The position numbers and the translations under genes are program-made. Of a DNA stretch of 32,000 nucleotides, positions 7,742-16,500 are shown piece by piece; position 1 is the stretch's first letter; each line of letters begins with the position of its first letter. The notes beneath the pieces were generated by a model that worked only from the letters and a program-made list of their open reading frames with translations, was not told where the DNA came from and searched no databases. Source of the stretch: Coprobacillaceae bacterium (GTDB lineage: Bacteria; Bacillota_I; Bacilli_A; Erysipelotrichales; Coprobacillaceae); contig OY780959.1 of assembly GCA_963675915.1 (NCBI GenBank), forward strand, positions 330,001 to 362,000. Direction: 5' to 3'.

Positions 7742-7767
7742 CGACCTGTCGTTACAGGTCGTTTTTT
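7742..7767 (+). terminator. rho-independent terminator
   Basis: cgacctgt-cgtt-acaggtcg followed by tttttt, 5 nt after the stop of the membrane-protein gene. Confidence 0.8.
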
Positions 7768-7891
7768 GTATTTTGGGTAATATTTGCGCTGGTTTTGGCG
7801 TTAGGCGGCAATATTGTTTTAACATTGTTTACAAAATCACGGGTTTTTGCCAATTTCTTTGTTAACGATGTTAATAGATGGCCGGGTTTTG

Positions 7892-7919
7892 TTGTAGGAT
7901 AAGTATTTTTTTATATAAT
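7892..7919 (+). promoter_or_regulatory. sigma-A-type promoter candidate
   Basis: TTGTAG, 16-nt spacer, TATAAT (7914-7919), about 48 nt upstream of the ATG at 7967. Confidence 0.4.
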
Positions 7920-7966
7920 GAACGTGTAATAAATAAAACAACGAAATCAAAAAGGAGATATGGACC

Positions 7967-8479
7967 ATGAGTAAAGAAGACCAAATCATTAAAACAGCTA
8001 AAGAAAAATTGGAAGAAGTATTCGATGAAAAAGACCATTATGTGGCAGAGCAGGCTGATCAAGAGTTCGATCAGGATGAGTATGTTGCCGAATTGAAAGA
8101 AAAAGTTGCCCAAGTTGAAGCTTCAGCTAAGACCCGTGAAGCTTTAAGAACCCAAATCACTGAAGAAGTCAAAGAGAAGATGGCCCCGTTATATGATGAA
8201 GAATCATATCATCATGATGCACCTGAACTAAAATTCGACCGCGATGAATATGTGGCTGAATTGGAAGAAAAAATAACTGAAGTTGAAGCTTCAACCAAAA
8301 CCCGTGAGGCTTTAAGAGCGCAAATTACTGCTGAAGCCAACCATAAACTAGAAGAAGTATTCGATGAAAAAGACCATTATAAAGCCGATGAAACAATGCA
8401 GGAATTGGACCAAGAAGGACTTGAAAAAGAAAAAGCCCGTCAATTCAAATTGGCTCAAGAATTGAAAGAAACCCGATAA
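7967..8479 (+). CDS. acidic, repeat-containing hypothetical protein (probably helical or coiled-coil)
   Basis: A 170-aa protein very rich in E, D and K. An AAAGGAG RBS lies 9 nt upstream and the gene has its own promoter and terminator. It contains internal duplications (see the repeat feature at 8066-8335). Confidence 0.65.
   Translation: MSKEDQIIKTAKEKLEEVFDEKDHYVAEQADQEFDQDEYVAELKEKVAQVEASAKTREALRTQITEEVKEKMAPLYDEESYHHDAPELKFDRDEYVAELEEKITEVEASTKTREALRAQITAEANHKLEEVFDEKDHYKADETMQELDQEGLEKEKARQFKLAQELKETR
8066..8335 (+). repeat. intragenic duplication: two 102-nt units (34 aa) spaced 168 nt, flanked by a 30-nt perfect repeat
   Basis: Unit 8066-8167 encodes FDQDEYVAELKEKVAQVEASAKTREALRTQITEE. 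Unit 8234-8335 encodes FDRDEYVAELEEKITEVEASTKTREALRAQITAE. In addition, gaagaagtattcgatgaaaaagaccattat occurs identically at 8012-8041 and 8351-8380. Confidence 0.9.
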
Positions 8480-8489
8480 TAAATCTCAA

Positions 8490-8512
8490 AGACCGGCCAG
8501 CCGGTCTTTTTT
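8490..8512 (+). terminator. rho-independent terminator
   Basis: agaccgg-ccag-ccggtct followed by ttttt, 11 nt after the stop. Confidence 0.8.
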
Positions 8513-8540
8513 GATAATTGCCGGATGACCCGGTTAAGGT

Positions 8541-8569
8541 TTGAAAATAACGGTTCAAATGGCTATAAT
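8541..8569 (+). promoter_or_regulatory. near-consensus sigma-A promoter for the RpiR-family gene
   Basis: TTGAAA (8541-8546), 17-nt spacer, TATAAT (8564-8569). Confidence 0.55.
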
Positions 8570-8582
8570 ATAAGATAAGGGC

Positions 8583-8597
8583 CGGATATAATATCCG
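8583..8597. promoter_or_regulatory. 15-nt perfect palindrome just downstream of the -10 element (operator candidate)
   Basis: cggatat-a-atatccg at about +8 to +22 relative to the predicted start site. Confidence 0.3.
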
Positions 8598-8623
8598 ACT
8601 AAGATCAAACGGGAGGGGAACCA

Positions 8624-9493
8624 ATGATATTTCACAGAATAGAAAACACGCATTTTTCAGTAGCTGAGAGCGAGATCATCGATTATATTCTCAAAGAAGG
8701 AATGAATATCAAGGCGATGTCAACTCATGACATCGCCAAGGCAACTTTCACTTCGGCCCCGCTGTTGGTGCGGATCGCCAAGAAAATGGGGTTTAGCGGC
8801 TGGACCGAGTTCAAGAAAGCCTATCTTGAAGAACTCGATTATCTGAACCGGGAAACCGATATCGATGCCAGTATTCCCTTCACCGTCAGTGATGATATCA
8901 TGACGATATCCCGGAATATCGCTCAACTCCAGATTTCAACCATCAATGAAACCCAGGCTTTGCTTGGCCATGATGAAATCCAGGCCGCCTTGAAACTGCT
9001 GCGGGACTGCAAAGTCATCGATATCTATGGTGTATCCCATAATTTCATCATTGCCCAACAGTTCGTAGCCCAATTGGCCTACCTTGGTGTCAAGGTGAAT
9101 ATCGCCCGGGCTCCCGGTGATGAACTGCTCCAGGCTGCGATGAGCAATCCGGATCATTGTGCTATCGTGATATCATACTCGGGTGAACATCGAACCATTC
9201 TGGGGGTGCTGGAAATCCTGAAGAAAAAGCAGGCTCGGACAATCGGGATCACCTGTCTGGCAGACAACACTCTGTCCCGCAGTGTCGAAGTCTGTCTGCG
9301 GATGGCTTCCAAGGAAATGATTTCCACCAAAATCGGTTTGTTTGCCTCAGCCACTTCGCTGACATATCTTCTCAATGTGCTTTACTCGGGCATTTTCTCG
9401 TTTGACTACACCAAGAATCTCAATCATAAGATCAAAAGTGCCCGTTCGGTGGGGTTTAGAAATTCCGGATATGAATATATCGATGAAAAATAG
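8624..9493 (+). CDS. MurR/RpiR family transcriptional regulator (HTH_6 + SIS domain)
   Basis: The N-terminal HTH region is 'ESEIIDYILKEGMNIKAMSTHDIAKATFTSAPLLVRIAKKMGFSGWTEFK'. The C-terminal SIS-like region includes 'IDIYGVSHNFIIAQQF' and 'VISYSGEHRTIL'. Length is 289 aa. Confidence 0.85.
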   Translation: MIFHRIENTHFSVAESEIIDYILKEGMNIKAMSTHDIAKATFTSAPLLVRIAKKMGFSGWTEFKKAYLEELDYLNRETDIDASIPFTVSDDIMTISRNIAQLQISTINETQALLGHDEIQAALKLLRDCKVIDIYGVSHNFIIAQQFVAQLAYLGVKVNIARAPGDELLQAAMSNPDHCAIVISYSGEHRTILGVLEILKKKQARTIGITCLADNTLSRSVEVCLRMASKEMISTKIGLFASATSLTYLLNVLYSGIFSFDYTKNLNHKIKSARSVGFRNSGYEYIDEK

Positions 9494-9514
9494 TTCCTTT
9501 TGGAACTGTTTTTT
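9492..9514 (+). terminator. rho-independent terminator
   Basis: agttcc-tttt-ggaact followed by gtttttt, overlapping the stop codon. Confidence 0.65.
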
Positions 9515-9542
9515 GCATGGTGTTAAAACTGGTCGATTATGC

Positions 9543-9571
9543 TTGTCATGACAGACCTTTTAGAATACAAT
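9543..9571 (+). promoter_or_regulatory. sigma-A-type promoter candidate for the chrA pair
   Basis: TTGTCA, 17-nt spacer, TACAAT (9566-9571). Confidence 0.45.
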
Positions 9572-9601
9572 GGATGAGTAATAATCAAAGAGGGGGATTT
9601 T

Positions 9602-10165
9602 ATGAGTAAAATATTACGAGACTTAATGGAACTTTTCTGGGCATTTTTCAGAATTGGGACATTTACTATTGGAGGCGGATATGCGATGCTTCCAATGCTT
9701 GAAAGGGAATTGATTGAAAACAAGGGGTGGACATCTGAAGAGGAGATTCTCGACTATTTTGCGATTGGGCAGTCGACACCGGGGATCATCGCAATCAATA
9801 CCGCGACCTTTATCGGATACAAACGCAACGGTGTGCTAGGGAGCATTTTTGCGACTGTAGGGATGATTTTCACTCCAATGCTGCTGATTATGATCATCGG
9901 TTCGTTTTTCACCCAGATTTCCCAGGATCCGACTTTTATCAAGGCGTTTCAGGGAATTCGGGTGGTTGTCGTGGTCATCATTTTGAATTCAGTGTCCAAA
10001 ATGGCCAAACATAGCATCAAGACCAAACTTGCGGTTTTCCTTTTGGTCGGATCTTTTATCGCTATCTCATTTTTCCATGTAAATCTGATCATATTGATCG
10101 TTCTTTCAATGATCCTGGGAATTGCGTTGATCCACTTCAATGTCGTTTCGCTAGATGAGGCGTAA
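9602..10165 (+). CDS. chrA: chromate transporter family protein (short CHR, first half of a pair)
   Basis: 'FFRIGTFTIGGGYAMLPMLERELIENKGWTSEEEILDYFAIGQSTPGIIAINTATFIGY' is the characteristic CHR-domain signature. The protein is 187 aa and membrane-embedded. Confidence 0.85.
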   Translation: MSKILRDLMELFWAFFRIGTFTIGGGYAMLPMLERELIENKGWTSEEEILDYFAIGQSTPGIIAINTATFIGYKRNGVLGSIFATVGMIFTPMLLIMIIGSFFTQISQDPTFIKAFQGIRVVVVVIILNSVSKMAKHSIKTKLAVFLLVGSFIAISFFHVNLIILIVLSMILGIALIHFNVVSLDEA

Positions 10166-10716
10166 TGATGGCGTTATTATTAGTTTACTTCAATTTTATC
10201 AAAATCGGACTTTTTACCATCGGAGGCGGCTTGGCGGCTTTGGCTTTGCTTCAGGATTTTGTCCTTAGCAACGGCTGGCTGACAATCAACCAGTTTGCGG
10301 ATATGATTGCCGTATCCCAATCGACGCCGGGACCGATTGGAATCAATATGTCGACTTATATCGGATTCAGTCAATACGGGGTCCTGGGCGCTTTGATTGC
10401 TACTTTGGGTATGGTAACTCCTTCATGGATCATCATCATCTTGATTGCCCGGTTTATCGGTGATTTTTCATCGAACCGCATCGTCCAGTCAATTTTTGTC
10501 GGATTGCGTCCGGTGGTGCTGGGAATTATCTTCTCAGCGGCCTGGTCGATTGCCTTGCTGTCGATTTTCAATTCCGGGGCGGATAATCCGATTGATTTTA
10601 TCAATTTCAAGGCGTTGGCAATGTTTGTGTTCATGGTAGTTTTTACAAGAAGAGTAAAAATCAGCCCGATATTCTATGTCATCATCGGCGGGCTGATTGG
10701 AATACTTATTTTTTAG
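10165..10716 (+). CDS. chrA: chromate transporter family protein (short CHR, second half of a pair)
   Basis: 'FIKIGLFTIGGGLAALALLQDFVLSNGWLTINQFADMIAVSQSTPGPIGINMSTYIGF'. The start overlaps the upstream stop (TAATG), which is the usual layout for paired short-chain CHR genes in Bacillota. Confidence 0.85.
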   Translation: MMALLLVYFNFIKIGLFTIGGGLAALALLQDFVLSNGWLTINQFADMIAVSQSTPGPIGINMSTYIGFSQYGVLGALIATLGMVTPSWIIIILIARFIGDFSSNRIVQSIFVGLRPVVLGIIFSAAWSIALLSIFNSGADNPIDFINFKALAMFVFMVVFTRRVKISPIFYVIIGGLIGILIF

Positions 10717-11413
10717 TTGTAAATGGTCGCTGGAAAACCAGGGTGTTATTCTTAGAGCTGATTGGATCAAAGCAAAATCCGGCTACATTGAGCCCTTTGA
10801 GCTCTTCAACTGTAGTCAGGTTGTTATTGGCCATTTCGCTGACCATCAGACCTCGCGCCTCTTTGATATGGGCGCTGGGTCTTTTTATTTTGCCCTGATC
10901 AAGTTCGATGAAATCAATGAAATACATCTTGGGGTGATTCAACAGTTTGATAAATTCCTTTGAACAAAGCAAAATCAAATAATCTTCCTGTTTGAGCAGG
11001 TCATTGACGTTTTGATAATATTCGTAAAGATCGACATTGATCTTGTCGGGCATGCTAAGGCGATAGCGGATAATCTGGTCACTGGGTCTTAAAATCCCAT
11101 AAAGGGGCGAGATGATTCGCAGGTAGTCGTTCAGGTAGGTTGTCTTGGTTTCGTTTAAATCCTGATTGAACTGCTTGAAGACTGCCCCGTCATAACTGGC
11201 CAGGGCCACAACCGGCTTTTTATCTTGATAACCATCAAAAAGGGCAGTGGCGATTTTAAGGGAAACCTTGAACTTTTTCTGGATTTGTTCAATGCTCAGC
11301 TTGTCGAGATAGGAAATTATCACTTGGGCCTGATCAAGCAAGACCGGGTTGGTCGACTCGATTGGCAGATTTTTTTGTTTATGGGTTTTGGCATCTCCAA
11401 TGATAATTTTCAT
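10706..11413 (-). CDS. yaaA: YaaA-family (UPF0246/DUF328) peroxide-stress protein homologue
   Basis: The N-terminus is 'MKIIIGDAKT' (the family usually has MKIIISPAKT). The core motif is 'ISPLYGILRPSDQIIRYRLSM'. Length is 235 aa, with an AAGGAG RBS 8 nt upstream. Confidence 0.75.
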   Translation of the reverse strand: MKIIIGDAKTHKQKNLPIESTNPVLLDQAQVIISYLDKLSIEQIQKKFKVSLKIATALFDGYQDKKPVVALASYDGAVFKQFNQDLNETKTTYLNDYLRIISPLYGILRPSDQIIRYRLSMPDKINVDLYEYYQNVNDLLKQEDYLILLCSKEFIKLLNHPKMYFIDFIELDQGKIKRPSAHIKEARGLMVSEMANNNLTTVEELKGLNVAGFCFDPISSKNNTLVFQRPFTTKK

Positions 11414-11458
11414 GTTATTTTCTCCTTGTTTATGTTATACTTTGATACGGTGATAAAA

Positions 11459-12466
11459 ATGGAAAATACGATAATTATAGATAAAATCTTGCTCCATATG
11501 TTAGATATGGAACATTCAAAATTAATTCTTTCAAACGAACTGGTCGCAATCGATGAGGCTTTGATCGAGTACTACCGCAAAAAGGTGGAAAAAGTTTTCT
11601 CTAACAGTAATATTAAGGAATTGGTCGTGGGCAGTCAACATCATTTGATTACCATGGCTAAAGACATGCTGCTTGATGAAGAAAGTTTCATCACGACATC
11701 GGCCAAAATTGCCGATGATATCTTCAATCTGTGCACGCATATTCAGGAAATGCCTAACAGCAACCTGATGTTTGTCGAGTGCAAGGTCGATGGAGTAAAA
11801 CACATTCTGGTGATCAAACTCAATTACAAAGTCGCTCAGACGACCAAGATTGTCGAAAAAGATGGCAGCCAGTTGATTGAGATCGTGACGACCCAGTCCT
11901 TGCCGACTCAAAGCGCCAATGTCGATGAGGTGATCATCATCAATACTGATGATGGCAAACTGTCATTGATTGAAAAACGCTTCAATATTGACGGCAAACC
12001 GGGATACTATCTTAATGAACAGTATATCAAAGGGGAACCGAAACTTTCCGACAAACAGAAGATTTCCCTGCTTAACAAGGCGGTCAAGAAAGTCGACAGC
12101 CAGTTCAATGTCTTCGAAGGGGATCCGGGAGTTCGGGTGAAACACGAACTGCTCAGTTCAATCCAGAACTTTGAAAAAGTCAAACCGATGGAAATTGCCA
12201 AACGGATGATGGAACACGATTATCAGGCTCAAAGTGAAGTCGAGACTCTGCTTAATGATTTGGGCATCGAAAATGATGATGAAATCGTCAATATCCCGAC
12301 CTCAGTTGAACGGATGGGACGCTGCAAGCTGGTTCTTGATGATGAAAGGGTCATCGAAATGCCACTTGAAGATTATCTCAACATGGTCGATCTCGATACC
12401 GAGATGTCCAGCGATGGGACCACCTCATTGACTCTTAAGAATATCCTGGATATCAAAGTAAAATAA
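11459..12466 (+). CDS. nucleoid-associated protein, NdpA/YejK (NA37) family-like
   Basis: The 335-aa product from ATG 11459 begins 'MENTIIIDKILLHMLDMEHSKLIL', the N-terminal pattern typical of Firmicute NA37-like proteins. The length also fits. The track's start at 11225 would run antisense through yaaA and is rejected. Confidence 0.65.
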   Translation: MENTIIIDKILLHMLDMEHSKLILSNELVAIDEALIEYYRKKVEKVFSNSNIKELVVGSQHHLITMAKDMLLDEESFITTSAKIADDIFNLCTHIQEMPNSNLMFVECKVDGVKHILVIKLNYKVAQTTKIVEKDGSQLIEIVTTQSLPTQSANVDEVIIINTDDGKLSLIEKRFNIDGKPGYYLNEQYIKGEPKLSDKQKISLLNKAVKKVDSQFNVFEGDPGVRVKHELLSSIQNFEKVKPMEIAKRMMEHDYQAQSEVETLLNDLGIENDDEIVNIPTSVERMGRCKLVLDDERVIEMPLEDYLNMVDLDTEMSSDGTTSLTLKNILDIKVK

Positions 12467-12473
12467 TGCACTG

Positions 12474-12503
12474 AAAGCTCCGTAGCAACGGAGCTTTTTG
12501 TTT
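12474..12503. terminator. bidirectional terminator between convergent genes
   Basis: aaagctccgt-agca-acggagcttt followed by ttgttt, with an A-run on the other side. It lies between the ndpA-like stop (12466) and the LysR stop (12517). Confidence 0.75.
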
Positions 12504-12516
12504 AGCAAAATAACAG

Positions 12517-13413
12517 TTATCCTTTGAGATAATCCTTGAGATTTTCGATGTATTCCTGCGATATCTCATTGAGATACAGGTTTTTGTGTTTGATATAGCC
12601 GATTGTCATCGTCTCATCAACGTTCAGGGGAATTGAGAGATAATCGCTCCCGTTCAACTCCTGTAAGATGATCCCCGAACAGATAGTGTAGCCGTTAAGG
12701 CCGACCATCAGATTGAGGATGGTTGCCCGGTCGGAAACCTTGATGATTTTCTTGTTGTCGTCGATATTGATCACTTCTTCGGCAAGAAACAGGGAATTGT
12801 CACCCTGGTCGAAAACACAACAGGGGTATTCGTCTAGCATGTCGAGATCGATTGACTGCTCCCGGGCCAGAGGATGGTCCTGATGGAGATAGACATGCAG
12901 TTTGCATTCGAACAAATCAATGAATTCGAGATTGGCATCGCTGAGAATCTTGTTCATGATCCGCTCATTGGAGTCGGTCATGTAGATGACTCCCAGATCA
13001 CTTTTGAAATTCTTGACATTTTCAATCACATCGCGGGTCCGGGTTTCGAAAATCGAGAACTCGTACTGGTCGAATGAATGCGACTTGATGGTATCCATGA
13101 AGGCTTTGACCGCGAAAGTGTAATGCTGCATCGAAACCGAAAAATACTGTTTGTTGTTTTGGTTGATATAACGGTCTTCAAGCAGGTTGTACTGATCGAG
13201 GACCTGTTTGGCGTAAGTGATGAACTCTTCGCCTTTGGGAGTCAGTTTGACCCCCCGGTTGGAACGGTTGAATATATTGAAACCGACTTTGCTTTCGATA
13301 TCCTTGATGGCTGCCGACAGGGTCGGCTGCGAAATAAACAGCTTTTGGGCTGCTTCATTGATGGAATTCGATTGGGCTACGGTTATGGCATACTCCAGTT
13401 GTAAAATAGTCAT
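12517..13413 (-). CDS. LysR family transcriptional regulator
   Basis: The HTH is 'MTILQLEYAITVAQSNSINEAAQKLFISQPTLSAAIKDIESKVGFNIFNRSNRGVKLTPKGEEF'. I prefer the ATG at 13413, with an AGAGGTG RBS 6 nt upstream, over the track's GTG at 13422, which lies inside that RBS. Confidence 0.85.
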   Translation of the reverse strand: MTILQLEYAITVAQSNSINEAAQKLFISQPTLSAAIKDIESKVGFNIFNRSNRGVKLTPKGEEFITYAKQVLDQYNLLEDRYINQNNKQYFSVSMQHYTFAVKAFMDTIKSHSFDQYEFSIFETRTRDVIENVKNFKSDLGVIYMTDSNERIMNKILSDANLEFIDLFECKLHVYLHQDHPLAREQSIDLDMLDEYPCCVFDQGDNSLFLAEEVINIDDNKKIIKVSDRATILNLMVGLNGYTICSGIILQELNGSDYLSIPLNVDETMTIGYIKHKNLYLNEISQEYIENLKDYLKG

Positions 13414-13544
13414 GTTATTCACCTCTTAGTCAATGATATGATTTATTTCCTGATTAAGCAAGCGATATGGCTGTAAACCCGCCTGGGGAAATGTTTTTGG
13501 CCAAACCCGGTCGCCTTGGCCTTTTTTGTTTTATTTGGACCAAG

Positions 13545-13565
13545 CAAAAAGGCGCCAAGGCGCCT
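13545..13565 (-). terminator. terminator after addA
   Basis: On the - strand: aggcgcc-tt-ggcgcct followed by ttttgc. The hairpin touches the addA stop codon. Confidence 0.55.
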
Positions 13566-16500
13566 TAGAAATATACTGTCTGGTTGGTATGAAGATAATG
13601 GAGACAGTTGATGATTTGATAATCAGGGAAAAGTTCCTGGATGAAATCGCGATAATAATCGAGCTGAGTGCGATGAAGGTCAATCAACGTTGTTTCATCG
13701 AGGCCCCGTTTTACCCGGTCGGTCTTGTAATCGATGATGTAAATCTGGTCCTCTTTGAAGCCCAGACAGTCGATGATGGCATGGACAATCTGGCCATCTT
13801 TTTTGATGGCGAGGCTTTTTTCCTGATAGACCTGGTCAAACGTGGCAATCCTGGTGAACAGTTCGCCCTTGGTGAACTCGCCAAGCCGATCGTGATAGCT
13901 GGCTGCAATTTCCAATGCTTCTTGATTTCCGTCAAACTCCTCGGCTTTGATCAGGGCGATTGTTGTTTCAAAGTCGCCGTCAAATCTTTTGGTGAGGAGT
14001 TCGATGATCCGGTGAACGATGGTCCCTCTGGTTGTGGCGGTCACCCCCGGTTGGTCGGCTGAAAAGTCGAAACTGTCGTATTTTTCATCCGGATGTCCAA
14101 TCAGGGAGGTGACACCGACTGATTTTTCCTTGAGAGTCTGATTGTATGAAGCAAAGTCGATTTGATCGAAGCGGACATATTCAGGTTCGATTGCCTTGAA
14201 ATTGTAATGACTGGTTTTCTCCTCGAGGATATCGTGGGGATAATAACTGATTTTAAAGGAACTGTCTTGAGTATTGCTCTGGCCGATCAGTTTCTGGTTG
14301 GCTCCGTTGTAGATCATGATTTTCTGGAGCAGTGGTTCAAGTTCATCTTCGAACTCGCTTCGTCCGGTGATTGTCAGCGATCCTTGTTTGATCTGTTTGA
14401 GGATATCGGGGTGACGCATCACCGCCGGCATGGTCCAATCGAGATAATTGTTGGCCTTGGCCAGGTAGCGGTTGATGATGACGTGATCGCCGCTTTCGAA
14501 ATAATCGTTCTGGACGGCTTTTTTGGCCCAGTTTACTATCGTTGAGGGATCCTTGATCTGACCGGTGATGATCAGTTTTTCCTTGGCGCGGGTCAGGGCG
14601 ACATAGAAAATCCGCATTTCCTCGTCGATGCTTTCCTTTTTGATATTGGTGGCAATCAGTTTGTAGAAACTGTTTTCGAATTTGACGGGACTGCCAAAGC
14701 CGTCCTCGTTTTGTTTAAACATAATCGGATGGGTGGTCAGGCCCAACTGATTGAAAAAGACGGTTTCCTGTTTGGTGTCTTCGGTGTTGAACTGTTTGTG
14801 GCAGGTCGAGACAAAGATGATTTTGGCTTCAAGGCCCTTGGATGCGTGGATGGTCATGAATTTGACGGCATTGTTGTCAGTCTTAGCCATCATCCCTGGC
14901 GCGATATCGACGCCGTTTTTAAGCATCGTATCGAAATTGGCGACAGTTTCCAAAAGTGAAAGGCCGCGGTAATCTTGGAGCAGTTCGACAAAAAGGTTGA
15001 TATTGGCAACCCGCTGCTCGCCGTTTCGCAGGGCCCCGTTGAAACTGCGATAGCCGCTGTCTTCGATGAATTTGGCGATGGTCTCGTCAAGATGGTGGGT
15101 TTTTGCATAATCTCTTAGCTGTTCAAGATAATTGAAGAACCCAACCAGCTCTTCATGGCCGCTTTTTTGATTTTCAATCAACTCCTTGATGTTCGAGTAA
15201 AGGGAACCTTCGCGGTCGAGTTTAAGCAGAATCGATTCATCGAAATTGGAGATCCGGTAGTTGCCCAGCATGATTGAAGCCAGGGCGATATCGTCATGGG
15301 CAGTGTTGAGAAAGCGGATTACATTGATCAAATTCGCAATCTCGTTGCTTTGATAGAATCCGGATTTGAGGACAATCTCATTGGCGATGGCCATCCGGTC
15401 GAAGATGTTCTTGAAAGTCATCAGCTGGGTGGTCGAACGGACCAGGATATTGACATCCTCGGGCTGATAACCATCATCAAACAACTCCTTGATTCTAAGA
15501 GCCACGCAAATGGCTTCGTATTCATCGTTGTCATAATTCCCGGCTGTTTTGTCAACCAGCAGGATTTCGCTGCTGTGGTCCTTACGGGATTGGCTGCTCT
15601 TAGGATCCTGGACCTTGAACAGGTCCGGTCCCAGGTCATAATTGAGCTGGGCGTTGGGGTCTTCATAATATTCGAGTCCCCCGATACTTTCATCCATGAT
15701 TTGGTTGAAAATGAAGTTGATGCTGTCGAGCACGATCTTGTGGGAACGGTAATTGTAGTTAAGCTCGATGCGCTTGTTGGGATTTTCCACCCGGGCAAAA
15801 CTGTCGTACTTCTCTTTGAAGATCTTGGGATCGGCGTCGCGGAACCGGTAGATCGACTGTTTCATATCCCCGACCATGAAGCGGTTGATATTTGGCTGAG
15901 CGACATTGGCAATAAGATCAATGATGTTTTCCTGAATCGGATTGGTATCCTGATATTCGTCGATCATGATTTCTTTTAGCGAACCATGAATTTTCAAGGC
16001 GACATTGAGCTCGGGCTGAAGCAGCTTGATGGCATATTGCTCGAGGTCGTTGAAGTCAAGGTAGTTCTGGTCCTGTTTGAGTTTTCGGTAGCATTTTTTG
16101 TAGTCGAGAGCCAGCGAAACCAGGAAGTTGAGATCAGCCAGGGTGCTTTGTCCGATCAGCTGGCGGTCATCAGCCAACGGAGTGATGATCTTGTCAAAGA
16201 CCAGGGCGTATTCCTTGTCGATCTTGTCGGTGAGAGCCTGGTATTCCTTCTTGATTTCATCGGAGATTCCGGCTTTTTTCCAGGGAATCCGGTAGCGTTT
16301 GTCGACTTCGAAATTCTGTTTGACGATTTCGCTAAGCGGCCGAGTCTCGATAAAGTCAATAATGGTTTGATAATATTTCCGGTAAGCGTTGTAGGGACTG
16401 GTTTCGGTCTCTTTTTTGGTTTCATTATCGAAATAATAACTGAATCCGACACTCTGGCAGTATTCTCCGACCAGTTCAACCCGGGTCATCCCGGTGCGGG

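Noticed and set aside
11225-11458. ORF-track start at 11225 for the NdpA-like gene (a 78-aa N-terminal extension)
   Set aside because: The extension runs antisense through the first 189 nt of yaaA and has no family-like sequence. The ATG at 11459 yields the typical ~335-aa protein beginning MENTIIIDKILLHMLD.
13499-13527. + strand hairpin with a T6 tract (ggccaa-(11 nt)-ttggcc-tttttt) between addA and the LysR gene
   Set aside because: There is no + strand gene to terminate. It sits next to the addA terminator and is most simply a second element of the same terminator or insulator region, so I did not call it a separate feature.
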